This document shows positions 10,674 through 20,024 of a DNA stretch of 64,000 nt, piece by piece. Numbering within the stretch: the stretch's first letter is position 1; each line of letters begins with the position of its first letter. The DNA is from Myxococcales bacterium (GTDB lineage Bacteria; Myxococcota_A; Polyangia; Polyangiales; DASUME01), in contig JASGJH010000001.1 in NCBI GenBank assembly GCA_047601445.1, forward strand, positions 7,840,001 through 7,904,000, written 5' to 3'. A program made the translations under genes and the position numbers. The notes below the pieces were generated by a model. That model was given only the letters and a program-made list of their open reading frames with translations, searched no databases and had not been told where the DNA came from.

Positions 10674-11647
10674 CGCTTCCAGGCTTGCCCTTCGGCCACG
10701 CCGCGGGCTTTTTCGATGAGCTCGCCGCCACCGCGTTCCAGAATCTGTTCGGCTAGTTCGAGGCCGATTGCGTGGGCCAATTTGAGCTTGCCGAGGGGGG
10801 TGGTGTCTTCGATGCGTTGATCGCTGCCCGCGCTGATGATGTTCAGTCCGTCCGGGCTTCCGACCAGGGCATCCATGCGCAGGCGCGTGCCGTTGTGAGA
10901 GAGATGGGCGTGGCCAGCGATGGGCAACTGACAGCCACCCTGCAGACGGCCGAGGAACGTGCGCTCCGCTTCCACGGCCACGCGGGTGTCCCAGTGTTCG
11001 AGCGGGCTCAGTAGCGCGCGCGTGCGATCGTCGTTGGCCCGGGCTTCCAGGCCTAGAGCGCCCTGACCCACCGCGGGAACGCACTCTTCGACGGTGAGCA
11101 CGCGGTGATGGTGGTGGGTCAGCCCCAGGCGTCGCAACCCCGCCAGGGCCAGCACGATGGCCCGGTACTGACCTTCGGTGAGCTTGCGCAGCCTGGTATC
11201 CACGTTGCCGCGCACCGACTCGCAGATGATGTCGTTGCGGCGCATGCGCAGCTGGGCCTGGCGACGCAGGGAGCTCGTGCCGATCTTCGAGAAGGCCTCG
11301 AGGTCGTCGAGGGCTGCGCCGTCCTTGGTCACGAGCACGTCGCGGGCGTCCTCGCGCATGGGCACGCAGACGATCTCGAGTCCCGGCGCCAGCTCGGCCG
11401 GTACGTCTTTCATGGAATGGACCGCGAAGTCGGCGTTTCCATCCGCGAGCGCTTGCTCGATCTCGGTGACGAACAGGCCCTTGCCGCCGACTTCGGAAAG
11501 CGGGCGATCCTGGATGCGGTCGCCGAGCGTGACCACGTGCAGCTCTTCGATTTCGAGCCCGGGATGATGGCGCTTGAGCTCGGACGCGATCCAGCGCGTC
11601 TGGGCCAGAGCCAGGGGACTCTTGCGGGTTGCGATGCGCAATTTCAC
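10670..11647 (-). CDS. hemC: Hydroxymethylbilane synthase
   Basis: IATRKSPLALAQ, GKGLF, VHSMKD, GTSSLRR, LQGGC. Confidence 0.97.
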   Translation of the reverse strand: MKLRIATRKSPLALAQTRWIASELKRHHPGLEIEELHVVTLGDRIQDRPLSEVGGKGLFVTEIEQALADGNADFAVHSMKDVPAELAPGLEIVCVPMREDARDVLVTKDGAALDDLEAFSKIGTSSLRRQAQLRMRRNDIICESVRGNVDTRLRKLTEGQYRAIVLALAGLRRLGLTHHHHRVLTVEECVPAVGQGALGLEARANDDRTRALLSPLEHWDTRVAVEAERTFLGRLQGGCQLPIAGHAHLSHNGTRLRMDALVGSPDGLNIISAGSDQRIEDTTPLGKLKLAHAIGLELAEQILERGGGELIEKARGVAEGQAWKR

Positions 11648-13005
11648 GAGCGTTCTCCGCTGGGATTGCTGGTGCGTACGAGCACGTTGCCGGGCACGGG
11701 GTCGGGCTCGGCTTCGGGCTCGCTGTTCGGAGCTTGGCGCGCTTCCTCGAGCTCGAACAGGCGGCGCACGCTCTCCACGAGCTGGCTACCGTCGGGCTCG
11801 CTGCTGGTGCGCTTGAGCTCGGTGATGGGGCGATGGAGCAGCTTGTTGACCATCGCGTCGCACATGATCTCGAGGGACTTGCGTTCGGCGTCGCCCAGCC
11901 CCTTGAGGCGGGGCAGGGTGCGCTCGAGTTCGCCGTGGATCACCGTGCGCACGCGCTCACGCAGGGCCACCAGAGTGGGCGTGAGATCGAGGGCTCGTTG
12001 CCACTCCTCGAAGGCCTGGACCTCGGTCTCGACGATGCGCTCGGCTTGTTCGGCTTCGCGCTTGCGCGCAGCGATGTTTTGGCTGGCCACCTGCTCGAGA
12101 TCGTCGATATCGAACAGGAACACGTTATCGAGATTTTCGACGCGCGGGTCCACGTCGCGCGGGACCGCGATGTCGATCAAGAAGAGCGGGCGGTGGCGGC
12201 GAGCGCGAATCACGCCCTGCATCAGCTCCCGGGTGATCACGTAGCGGGGACTCGCGGTCGACGTAATGACCACGTCGGCGGCCACGAGCTCCTGTGCGAG
12301 CTGGTCGAACTCGCGTGCCTCTCCACCGCAGGCCTCGGCCACGGCGCGCGCGCGCTCCTGATTGCGGTTCACCACCGTGAGCAGCGTTCCGTTCTGGGCC
12401 AGCGCCTTGGCCGCGCCCTCACTCATCTCGCCGGCGCCCACCAGTACCACGCGCCGGCCAGTGAGCTCGCCGAAGATCGAGCGCGCCAGGTCGCAGGCGA
12501 TGGAGCTCACGCTCACCGCACCAGCGGCGATGCCGGTCTCGTTGCGCACGCGCTTGGCCACCGCGAACGCGCGGTTCATGCAGCGCCCGAGCAGGGACCC
12601 CACGGTGCCAGCCTCGCTGGCCAGGGCGAAAGCTTCCTTCACCTGGCCCAAGATCTGCGGCTCGCCGACCACCAAGGAGTCGAGACTCGAGGCGACCCGG
12701 AATGCGTGGCGCGCCACCGCGTCGCCGGTGTGTTCGTAGAGATGGCTCTCGAGCTCCTGCTCCTGAGCGATCTCCGCGAAAATGCGCCGGACGCCGCGCA
12801 GGGTTTCCTGAGGGTCTTCTGCGCTGCCGTACATCTCCACGCGATTGCAGGTGGACACCAGCATGGCTTCCTGCAGACCCGTGCGGGCAACCAGGTCGCG
12901 CAGTCGCTCGGGGACCTGATCGCTCGAGAAAGCCAGCCGCTCGCGCACCGAGAGCGGCGCGGTGTGGTGAGAGAGGCCGACCAGGATGAGCCGACGCGGC
13001 GCCAC
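11644..13005 (-). CDS. hemA: Glutamyl-tRNA reductase
   Basis: GLSHHTAP, STCNRVE, GEPQILGQ, GAGEM, DIAVPRD; GTG start overlaps the upstream stop. Confidence 0.96.
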   Translation of the reverse strand: MAPRRLILVGLSHHTAPLSVRERLAFSSDQVPERLRDLVARTGLQEAMLVSTCNRVEMYGSAEDPQETLRGVRRIFAEIAQEQELESHLYEHTGDAVARHAFRVASSLDSLVVGEPQILGQVKEAFALASEAGTVGSLLGRCMNRAFAVAKRVRNETGIAAGAVSVSSIACDLARSIFGELTGRRVVLVGAGEMSEGAAKALAQNGTLLTVVNRNQERARAVAEACGGEAREFDQLAQELVAADVVITSTASPRYVITRELMQGVIRARRHRPLFLIDIAVPRDVDPRVENLDNVFLFDIDDLEQVASQNIAARKREAEQAERIVETEVQAFEEWQRALDLTPTLVALRERVRTVIHGELERTLPRLKGLGDAERKSLEIMCDAMVNKLLHRPITELKRTSSEPDGSQLVESVRRLFELEEARQAPNSEPEAEPDPVPGNVLVRTSNPSGERS

Positions 13006-13805
13006 TAGAACGCTCCCGTCTTGGCGCGCAGGGCGTAGCCGATGACGACGGCCAGCGCGCAGGCAAAGCCGAGCAGGGTGCCGATGGCTGCGCGTCGACC
13101 TTGCCAGCCTGCGGCCACGCGCAGCAAGAGGACGCCACCGAACACGCACCAAGCGACGAGTCCGAGCGCCTGATTGGGGGAAATGCGGGTAGGCAGCTGG
13201 GCGGCCCAGATGGCACCGGAGACCGAGCCCAGTGTGAACAGCGGAAACCCGACCAAGAGCAGCTTGAGGCCGAGCGAGTCGAGCACGTCGAGCGGTGGCA
13301 GGCGATGGAACAGCCCACCCAGCTGGCGCCTGCGCAGCAGCCGCTCCTGAATCAGGTAGGCGGCCGCCACCGCGAATGCCAGCGTGAACGCCGCGACTCC
13401 GAGCACGTTGACGATCACGTGGGCCGGCAAAAGCGCCGAGCGGACGTCCTCGGGCACGTTGGGGACGCTGTGCCCGAGCCCAGCGGCCAAGAACATCAGG
13501 AGCGCCACCGGCGTGACGAAGGCGCCCAACACGGAGAGTCTCCCAACCCGCTGAGCGAGCAGGAGCCCGACGACGATGGCCAGCGACGCGAGCGTGAACA
13601 TCTGCCTGACGTCTTCGAACTGAGGAACGCCACGCGTATCCCCCAACATGAAGCCGACCTGGCAAGCGGCGCCCACAAGCAAGAGCCGCGACGCCCACGT
13701 GGAAGCGGCTTCGCTGCCGTTTCCGATGAACAGGAAGTAGCCGAGCGACGCCAGCGAGTAGGCGCAGCTCGTGGCCACGAACAGCAGCGACAAGGAGCTA
13801 CTCAT
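13005..13805 (-). CDS. Cytochrome c assembly (CcsA/HemX family) membrane protein
   Basis: About 8 TM helices, RLPPLDVLD, GFPLFTLG..SGAIWA, GWQGRRAA; directly upstream of hemA. Confidence 0.85.
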   Translation of the reverse strand: MSSSLSLLFVATSCAYSLASLGYFLFIGNGSEAASTWASRLLLVGAACQVGFMLGDTRGVPQFEDVRQMFTLASLAIVVGLLLAQRVGRLSVLGAFVTPVALLMFLAAGLGHSVPNVPEDVRSALLPAHVIVNVLGVAAFTLAFAVAAAYLIQERLLRRRQLGGLFHRLPPLDVLDSLGLKLLLVGFPLFTLGSVSGAIWAAQLPTRISPNQALGLVAWCVFGGVLLLRVAAGWQGRRAAIGTLLGFACALAVVIGYALRAKTGAF

Positions 13806-14463
13806 GGGGAGGCTCCGACGTTGGATGAGTGCTCGAGTCGGAGAGCGCTATTTCGCGCAGGCTCGCGATTTCCGCCGCGTCGCCGCGCGCACAGGCTTCG
13901 AACAGCGGCCCTTCGGAGAGGCGCCGCAGGCGCGCGCTCGACTCCGGGTGTCCACGCAGGGCGCGCCGCACGCTGGCGAGCTCCTTGGCGAAGCGATCGG
14001 GCCCCAACGAGACCCAGCGCGCGAGCTCCTTGCCCAGGCGTCGGCTGGCGCTCGGGGCAGCGCCCGCGGTGGATACGGTGGCCTCGACGCACTCGCCTCG
14101 CGCGACGGCGGGCACCGTGAAATCCGAATCTTCCGGGGCATCCACACGCGACACGAGGACACCCAGCGCGCGCGAGGCCTGGGCAAGGTTCGCGTTGGTC
14201 GCCGGGTCGTCGGTGGCGGCGATGACGAGGAACTTGTCCCGTGCGTCGGCGTCCTGGACCCCGCGCAGCGTGAGCTCGAGCTTCCCCTCGCGTGCCAGTC
14301 GGCTCACGATGCCCGAAGCTTCATGCGCCACCACCTGGACGCGAGCACCGCTCTCCACCAGGCGCTCGATCTTGCGCGTCGCGACCCGCCCCGCACCGGC
14401 CACCAACACCGGCCGACCGGTGAGCCGCACATGCATGGCGTAAGAGGGGTGCGATGCGGTCAT
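13798..14463 (-). CDS. Precorrin-2 dehydrogenase/sirohydrochlorin ferrochelatase (SirC/Met8, CysG N-terminal type)
   Basis: VAGAGRVATRKI, IAATDD, VDAPEDSDFTVPA, VSTAGAAP. Confidence 0.88.
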   Translation of the reverse strand: MTASHPSYAMHVRLTGRPVLVAGAGRVATRKIERLVESGARVQVVAHEASGIVSRLAREGKLELTLRGVQDADARDKFLVIAATDDPATNANLAQASRALGVLVSRVDAPEDSDFTVPAVARGECVEATVSTAGAAPSASRRLGKELARWVSLGPDRFAKELASVRRALRGHPESSARLRRLSEGPLFEACARGDAAEIASLREIALSDSSTHPTSEPPHE

Positions 14464-14807
14464 GACTTGGGGAAGAGCTTGAGCACGCGGTCGTGGGTGA
14501 GCTTTTCGACCCCGTCGGCGGGCTGCGCCAGGAAGCCGTCGATGACCTCGTAGGCGTTGTCCCCGAGCACCACGGAAGCCGTTACGTGCTCGCCGCCGAG
14601 ATCGCTGACCTGGACCAACGTCTTCACCTTGCCGACCAGCTCCTGGGCGTCGCCGCCGCCCGCCACCTCGGCGATGAAACGCACCGCGCTGGCAAGTTGG
14701 AAGGGCACCTCTTCGAGCACCAAGGTCTCGCCGTTCAGTTGAGCGCGCCCTTCGGCGACCCAGCTTTCGAGGGCTTCTTGCGGCACGAACACGCGCGCCA
14801 GGGACAT
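14460..14807 (-). CDS. Hypothetical protein (115 aa), first gene of the heme operon
   Basis: GAGGAG RBS, host-like codon bias, ATGA overlap with next gene. Confidence 0.75.
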   Translation of the reverse strand: MSLARVFVPQEALESWVAEGRAQLNGETLVLEEVPFQLASAVRFIAEVAGGGDAQELVGKVKTLVQVSDLGGEHVTASVVLGDNAYEVIDGFLAQPADGVEKLTHDRVLKLFPKS

Positions 14808-15019
14808 GCGCGACTCCTCGCGAGGGTAGGTCAGGACACCAAAGTCGGGCCGTAGCCCGCGGCCACGCCCGTGGCGCGAAGCGTACCACGCCCGGCAGCG
14901 CGGAGGTAGCCTGGGGTCTCCCCCTGTGGGGCGTAACGCCCGGGGATTGGCGGTCGAACTGACCGCACCAGGCTCATTCGCGGCGAGCCTCGATCGAGAC
15001 ATCGACAGGGGCGCACACA

Positions 15020-15048
15020 TTGACATGGCCCCATGCCGTCTCTACGTT
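15020..15048 (+). promoter_or_regulatory. Sigma70-type promoter for trxA
   Basis: TTGACA-17 bp-TACGTT, 20 bp upstream of the ATG. Confidence 0.6.
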
Positions 15049-15068
15049 GCCCCTTCAGGAGAAGCAGC

Positions 15069-15398
15069 ATGGCTGGCAAAAACGTACAAGAGTTCAACGA
15101 ACTGAACTTCGACGCCGAGGTCCTCAAGTCGGACGTGCCCGTGCTCGTCGACTTCGCCGCGACCTGGTGTGGCCCGTGCAAGGCCATCGCGCCCTTGGTC
15201 GGTCAGCTGGCTGACGAGTACACCGGCAAGGTCAAGGTCGGAACTATCGACATTGACGACAGCCCGGGCATCGCCCAGCGCTACGGCATCCGCGGCGTTC
15301 CTACGCTCTACGTGTTCAAGGGCGGCGAAGTGGTCGGCAAGCTCGTGGGCGCTGCGCCCAAGCAGAACATCGCTGCGCTCGTGCAGCGGGCGCTCTGA
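15069..15398 (+). CDS. trxA: Thioredoxin
   Basis: WCGPC active site, GIRGVPTL, AGGAG RBS. Confidence 0.96.
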   Translation: MAGKNVQEFNELNFDAEVLKSDVPVLVDFAATWCGPCKAIAPLVGQLADEYTGKVKVGTIDIDDSPGIAQRYGIRGVPTLYVFKGGEVVGKLVGAAPKQNIAALVQRAL

Positions 15399-15444
15399 GC
15401 GAAGCACTCGGCCCCGATTCCAGGGGGCTCGGCACCACGAACAC

Positions 15445-15509
15445 GCGCCGTAGTTGGGCGCCGGTTTGCGCCGTAGTTCGGCGCCAGCACCTCGCGCCGT
15501 AGTCTGCGC
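15445..15509. repeat. Three tandem mini-hairpin repeats GCGCCGTAGT..GCGC
   Basis: Copies start at 15445, 15468 and 15494, between convergent trxA and dut. Confidence 0.6.
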
Positions 15510-15965
15510 TTAGCGGCCGGTGCTGCCGAAGCCACCACCGCCGCGCACTGTCTCACCCAGCTCCGCGAGATCCACGCAGGTCTCGAGGTCGACTTGGACG
15601 ACGGGCGCCACGACCAGTTGAGCGATGCGCTCGCCGTGGGCAATGGTGAACGGCGTGTTGCTCAGGTTGACCAGCAGCACGGCGAGCTCCCCTCGGTAGT
15701 CTTCGTCGATGGTGCCGGGCGCGTTCAGCACGGTGATGCCGTGCTTGGCCGCGAGTCCCGAGCGCGGTCGCACCTGGCCTTCGTGGCCCTTGGGTAGCGC
15801 CAGAATCAGGCCCGTCGGAATGCGGGCACGCCCCAGCGGCTCGATGACCACCGGGGCGTCCAGGTCTGCGCTCAGGTCGAGTCCCGCGGCTCCGTGCGTG
15901 GCGTAGCGCGGGACAACCGCACTGGGGCGCACACGAAAAATACGGAGCGTGGGACCGTCAGCCAT
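15510..15965 (-). CDS. dut: dUTP diphosphatase
   Basis: [39 protein letters not shown]. Confidence 0.97.
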   Translation of the reverse strand: MADGPTLRIFRVRPSAVVPRYATHGAAGLDLSADLDAPVVIEPLGRARIPTGLILALPKGHEGQVRPRSGLAAKHGITVLNAPGTIDEDYRGELAVLLVNLSNTPFTIAHGERIAQLVVAPVVQVDLETCVDLAELGETVRGGGGFGSTGR

Positions 15966-18900
15966 CAGCGACGTTCGCGCTCGCGGTCAGCCTCGCGGAC
16001 GCGCTCGCGGTTGCGGGCGCGGGCGCGGATGCGTGAGGGACGCTCACGCTCGGTGCGGTCGTCGCGGTCGGAGGTCGAGGCCGAACCCTCGCGCTCTTCG
16101 AAGCGCTCGTCGCGCTCGTCTTCGAAGCGCTCCGGACGGCGTGGAGCGGGGCGCTCGGGCAGATCCGAGGAGCGTGCGCGGCTGGGGCGCTCTTCGTCGC
16201 CACGGCCACGGGCAGGGCGCGCTTCGAAGCGGTCGTCGTCGCGACCCGCTCGGGCCGGACCACGCGCGGGGCGCTCTTCGGCGTCGAGGTCACGCGAGCG
16301 AGGACGCTCGTCGCGGCCACGGCTCGGGAGCTCTTCGTCACGGCCACGCGGGCTCACGGGCTTGCGAGCGGCGCTGCGGTCGTCGAGGTCGCGACCGCGT
16401 GCGGGCTCGTCGCGATCGAACTCACGCCCACGGGCGCGGGGTTCGCGTTCGCTCTCACGCGTGGCGGGCTTGCCGAAGGAGGGACGCTCGTCCTCGCGCG
16501 AACGCGCAGCGGGACGCTCGAGGTCGAGGTCGCGCGAGCGAGCGGGGCGCTCATCGCGATCGAGGTCACGCGGCCGTTCCCGGCTGCGCTCCTCGTCGCG
16601 AGGACGCGCGGGGCGGTCGAGATCGCGGCCGCGACTCGGACGCTCATCGAGCTCCTCACGGGCCTTGACTGGCGTCCGCTCACGGCGGCTCGAATCACGC
16701 TCGAGGTCGCGCGGCTTTTCGTCGCGGCGCTCGAAGCGCTCCTCGCTGCGGGCCGAGCGTTCGCGGCGCGGCTCTTCCTCGCGGCGAGCGGGCTTCTCGC
16801 GCTCGAATTCCCGGCTCTTGGCAGGGCGCTCTTCGCGCTCCTCGCGAGCCTTGAGGCTGGGACGTTCCTCGCGCTCGAAGTCGCGCGGCTTGCGCTCCTC
16901 GCGCTCCTCGCGTGCCTTGAACGCCGGGCGCTCTTCGCGGGCCTTGAAGCTCGGACGCTCTTCGCGCTCTTCACGTGCCTTGAAGCTCGGACGCTCTTCG
17001 CGCTCTTCACGTGCCTTGAAGCTCGGACGCTCTTCGCGCTCCTCACGGGCCTTGAAGCTGGGGCGCTCTTCGCGCTCCTCGCGCGCCTTGAACGCCGGAC
17101 GCTCTTCGCGCTCCTCACGGGCCTTGAAGCTGGGGCGCTCTTCGCGCTCCTCGCGCGCCTTGAACGCCGGACGCTCCTCGCGCTCCTCACGCGGCTTGCG
17201 CTCCTCGCGCTCTTCGCGCGCCTTGAACGCCGGACGATCCTCGCGTGCCTTGAAAGCGGGGCGCTCCTCGCGCTCCTCGCGCGGCTTGAATGCCGGGCGC
17301 TCTTCACGGCCACGTCCGCGTCCTTCGCCGCGCTCGAAGCCACGACGCTCGCCGCGACCTTCCTCGCGCGCTTCGCCACGGCCGTTCAGCTTGCTCGCTG
17401 CTGCCTGGTCGGCGGCCCCGGGCAAGGCGTCCTTGCGCGAGAGCCGGATGCGTCCTTCGCGGTCGATGTTGGTCACCTTCACGGTCACCTTGTCGCCGAG
17501 GTTCACGAAGTCCTCCACGCTGTTCACGTGGTTCCAGTCCATGTCGCTGATGTGGCAGAGCCCATCCTTGCCAGGCAGGATCTCGATGAACGCGCCGTAA
17601 GGCTCGATGCGCTTCACGGTGCCCTCGTAGACCTCGCCGATTTCGGGCTCGGTGGTGAGGCTCTTGATGATCTCGAGCGCCTTCGCCACGGCCGCGCTGT
17701 CGGCCGAGGCCACGCTCACCGTGCCGTCGTCCGCCACGTCGATGCTGGCGCCGGTCTGGTCGACGATGGCGCGGATCATCTTGCCGCCAGGGCCGATGAT
17801 GGTGCGCACCTGGTCGGGCTTCACGCGGATCTGCGTGATGCGCGGCGCGTACTGCGAGAGCTCCTCGCGTGGCGCTCCGATGGCGCGGTTCATCTTGTCC
17901 AGGATGTGCAGGCGAGCCTCACGCGCCTGGTGCAAGGCGCGCTCCAAGATCTCACGGCTCAAGCCCTCGATCTTGATGTCCATCTGGATCGCGGTCACGC
18001 CCTTCTCGGTGCCACACACCTTGAAGTCCATATCGCCGAGCGCGTCCTCGTCACCGAGGATGTCGGTCAACACCGCGTAGCGCTCGCCTTCCTTGATCAA
18101 GCCCATCGCCACGCCGGCCACGGGGGCCTTGATCGGCACGCCCGCGTCCATCAGCGCCAGGGCTCCGCCGCACACGGAGGCCATCGACGAGGAGCCGTTG
18201 GACTCCGTGATCTCCGACACGATGCGCAGGGCGTAGGGGAACTCTTCCGGCGTCGGCAGCACCTTGGCCAGCGCGCGCTCCGCCAGGTTGCCGTGGCCCA
18301 CCTCGCGACGACCGGGGCCGCGCATGGGCTTCACTTCGCCGACCGAGTAGGGCGGGAAGTTGTAGTGCAGCATGAAGTGCTTGTGCTGATCGCCCTGCAG
18401 CGTGTCGAGACGCTGGGCATCGCGGGTGGTGCCCAACGTGGTGGTCACGATGGCCTGGGTCTCACCGCGCGTGAACAGCGAGGAGCCGTGGGTGCGCGGG
18501 AGCACGCCGAGCTCGATGCTGATGGGACGCACCGTGCGGGTGTCGCGACCATCTAGGCGACGGCCTTCGTCGAGCACCTGAGCGCGCATGGTGTTGTAGC
18601 GGAGCTCTTCGAAGGCGTCCTTGAGGGACTGCTCTTCGTTCGGGAACTCGTAAGCCAGCTGGCTCACGGTCTCCTTCTTGATCGCCTTGATGCGATCGGC
18701 GCGCGCGTGCTTGTCAGCGATGTTGCACGCTTCACGCACGTTCCAGAGCGCGGTCTGGCTCACGCGGTCCTTGAGGAACTGCTGCGGGCCCGAGGCGCTG
18801 AAGCTCCACTTCTGCTTGCCTACCGCCTGCTTCATGCGCTCGATGAGCTCGAGCGTGTCCTGCACCGACCGGTGCGCGAACAGGAGGGCCTCGATCATGT

Positions 18901-19492
18901 CCGTCTCGGACATCTCGTCGGCTTCACCCTCCACCATCACAATCGCGTCGCGCGACGCCGCCACCAGGAGCTCGCAGTCGCTCTTCTCCATCTGCTGGAA
19001 GGTGGGGTTCGCGATGAACTCACCGTTCACGCGGCCGACGCGCACGCCGGCGATGGGGCCGCTCCACGGAATCGGGCTGATGTGCAGCGCGGCCGAGGCG
19101 CCGATCATGGCCAGCGTGTCAGGCGGGTTCTCCTGATCGAACGACATCACGGTCGCCACGACCTGGACCTCGCTCAGGTAGCCTTCGGGGAAGAGCGGGC
19201 GGCAGGGGCGATCGATGAGGCGCGAGATCAGCACCTCGTAGTCGCGCAGCTTGCCTTCGCGCTTGAAGAAGCCGCCGGGGATCTTGCCGGCCGCGTAGGT
19301 CTTCTCCTGGTAGTCGACGCTCAGCGGGAAGAAGCTCTGGCCGGGCTTGGGCTCCTGCGTGCCGCACACCGTGACGAGCACGATGGTGTCACCCGCGCGC
19401 ACCAAAACCGAGCCACCTGCTTGCTTGGCGATGCGACCCGTCTCCAGAGTCACGACCTGGTCGCCGATCCGTACCTTCTCTCTAATGATCAT
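15965..19492 (-). CDS. pnp: Polyribonucleotide nucleotidyltransferase (PNPase) with ~480-aa charged C-terminal extension
   Basis: [37 protein letters not shown] (IIGPGG) and S1 domains; downstream of rpsO. Confidence 0.97.
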   Translation of the reverse strand: MIIREKVRIGDQVVTLETGRIAKQAGGSVLVRAGDTIVLVTVCGTQEPKPGQSFFPLSVDYQEKTYAAGKIPGGFFKREGKLRDYEVLISRLIDRPCRPLFPEGYLSEVQVVATVMSFDQENPPDTLAMIGASAALHISPIPWSGPIAGVRVGRVNGEFIANPTFQQMEKSDCELLVAASRDAIVMVEGEADEMSETDMIEALLFAHRSVQDTLELIERMKQAVGKQKWSFSASGPQQFLKDRVSQTALWNVREACNIADKHARADRIKAIKKETVSQLAYEFPNEEQSLKDAFEELRYNTMRAQVLDEGRRLDGRDTRTVRPISIELGVLPRTHGSSLFTRGETQAIVTTTLGTTRDAQRLDTLQGDQHKHFMLHYNFPPYSVGEVKPMRGPGRREVGHGNLAERALAKVLPTPEEFPYALRIVSEITESNGSSSMASVCGGALALMDAGVPIKAPVAGVAMGLIKEGERYAVLTDILGDEDALGDMDFKVCGTEKGVTAIQMDIKIEGLSREILERALHQAREARLHILDKMNRAIGAPREELSQYAPRITQIRVKPDQVRTIIGPGGKMIRAIVDQTGASIDVADDGTVSVASADSAAVAKALEIIKSLTTEPEIGEVYEGTVKRIEPYGAFIEILPGKDGLCHISDMDWNHVNSVEDFVNLGDKVTVKVTNIDREGRIRLSRKDALPGAADQAAASKLNGRGEAREEGRGERRGFERGEGRGRGREERPAFKPREEREERPAFKAREDRPAFKAREEREERKPREEREERPAFKAREEREERPSFKAREEREERPAFKAREEREERPSFKAREEREERPSFKAREEREERPSFKAREEREERPSFKAREERPAFKAREEREERKPRDFEREERPSLKAREEREERPAKSREFEREKPARREEEPRRERSARSEERFERRDEKPRDLERDSSRRERTPVKAREELDERPSRGRDLDRPARPRDEERSRERPRDLDRDERPARSRDLDLERPAARSREDERPSFGKPATRESEREPRARGREFDRDEPARGRDLDDRSAARKPVSPRGRDEELPSRGRDERPRSRDLDAEERPARGPARAGRDDDRFEARPARGRGDEERPSRARSSDLPERPAPRRPERFEDERDERFEEREGSASTSDRDDRTERERPSRIRARARNRERVREADRERERR
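16830..17310 (-). repeat. Coding VNTR in the pnp tail: 36-bp units encoding REEREERP(A/S)FKA
   Basis: 16941-16976 and 16977-17012 are identical; a 72-bp higher-order unit recurs at 17049 and 17121; 11 copies of RP[AS]FK. Confidence 0.92.
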
Positions 19493-19505
19493 TCAGCGCT
19501 CCTCG

Positions 19506-19871
19506 GGCCCGCGTTCGGGCCGGGACAAAACACGGAGCGCTGGGGGCTGCGGGCTCGGTCTTCCTTCGGAGTGCTCGAACTCGGTGGTCGAGTGCTCGGA
19601 GCGAAGATCGAAGAGCCGCGGGCCATTCCTTGTGGGAACTCAGCGACCGTGGTGTACGCGCCACTCCGATTTTGAAGGGGCGCTCACGTGAGCACGCTGC
19701 CCGTCGGGCAATGCGCTCTGGCAGCCACCTGGCCTCAGCTGGCCGCCTGTTGGCGAGCGGGTGCAGCCCTAAACTGCGTTGACCCGCCCAAGGGACGCCC
19801 GTCTGGACAGTCCCGGGTCCGTCCCCCCTGGGAACCGACCCTGTTCGGTGCCGGACACCATGTCCGACCCC
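19506..19871 (-). ncRNA. Candidate highly structured pnp 5' leader or ncRNA
   Basis: Seven back-to-back hairpins (19658-19871), a ~120-nt long stem (19531-19651) and a hairpin beside the RBS (19506-19521). Confidence 0.5.
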
Positions 19872-19874
19872 GTA

Positions 19875-19910
19875 ACCATACCGAGCCATCGGCCCAGTAT
19901 CTAAAAAATT
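19875..19910 (-). promoter_or_regulatory. Putative pnp promoter
   Basis: Minus strand T-tract, then TAGATA-17 bp-TATGGT directly before the hairpin array. Confidence 0.45.
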
Positions 19911-19977
19911 CGCCAGACCCCGTTGCCTGGCCTTCCCCTATTTCGTGCTTCGAAGCGCGCAGGTGGGCGCGCACGCA

Positions 19978-20016
19978 AGAAACGGAAAAGCCCGGGGCGG
20001 TTTCACCGACCCGGGC
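19978..20016 (-). terminator. Intrinsic terminator after rpsO
   Basis: GCCCGGGTCGGT-GAA-ACCGCCCCGGGC followed by TTTTCCGTTTC on the minus strand. Confidence 0.75.
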
Positions 20017-20024
20017 CAACCCCA

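Noticed and set aside
16830..17310. 36-bp periodicity suggesting CRISPR
   Set aside because: Units are contiguous with no unique spacers, in-frame coding, and no cas genes are present
15894..17600. 568-aa Arg/Ser-rich ORF on the plus strand (and the 341-aa alternative minus frame)
   Set aside because: Shadow of the pnp repeat tail; stop codons are depleted because of the repeats and high GC
19756..19795. Short resemblance to E. coli 6S RNA (GCCCTAAACTGCG)
   Set aside because: Region folds as separate hairpins rather than a rod with a central bubble, and the usual zapA/ygfA context is absent
19482..19889. 135-aa ORF in the rpsO-pnp gap
   Set aside because: No recognisable domain, weak codon bias; RNA structure explains the region better
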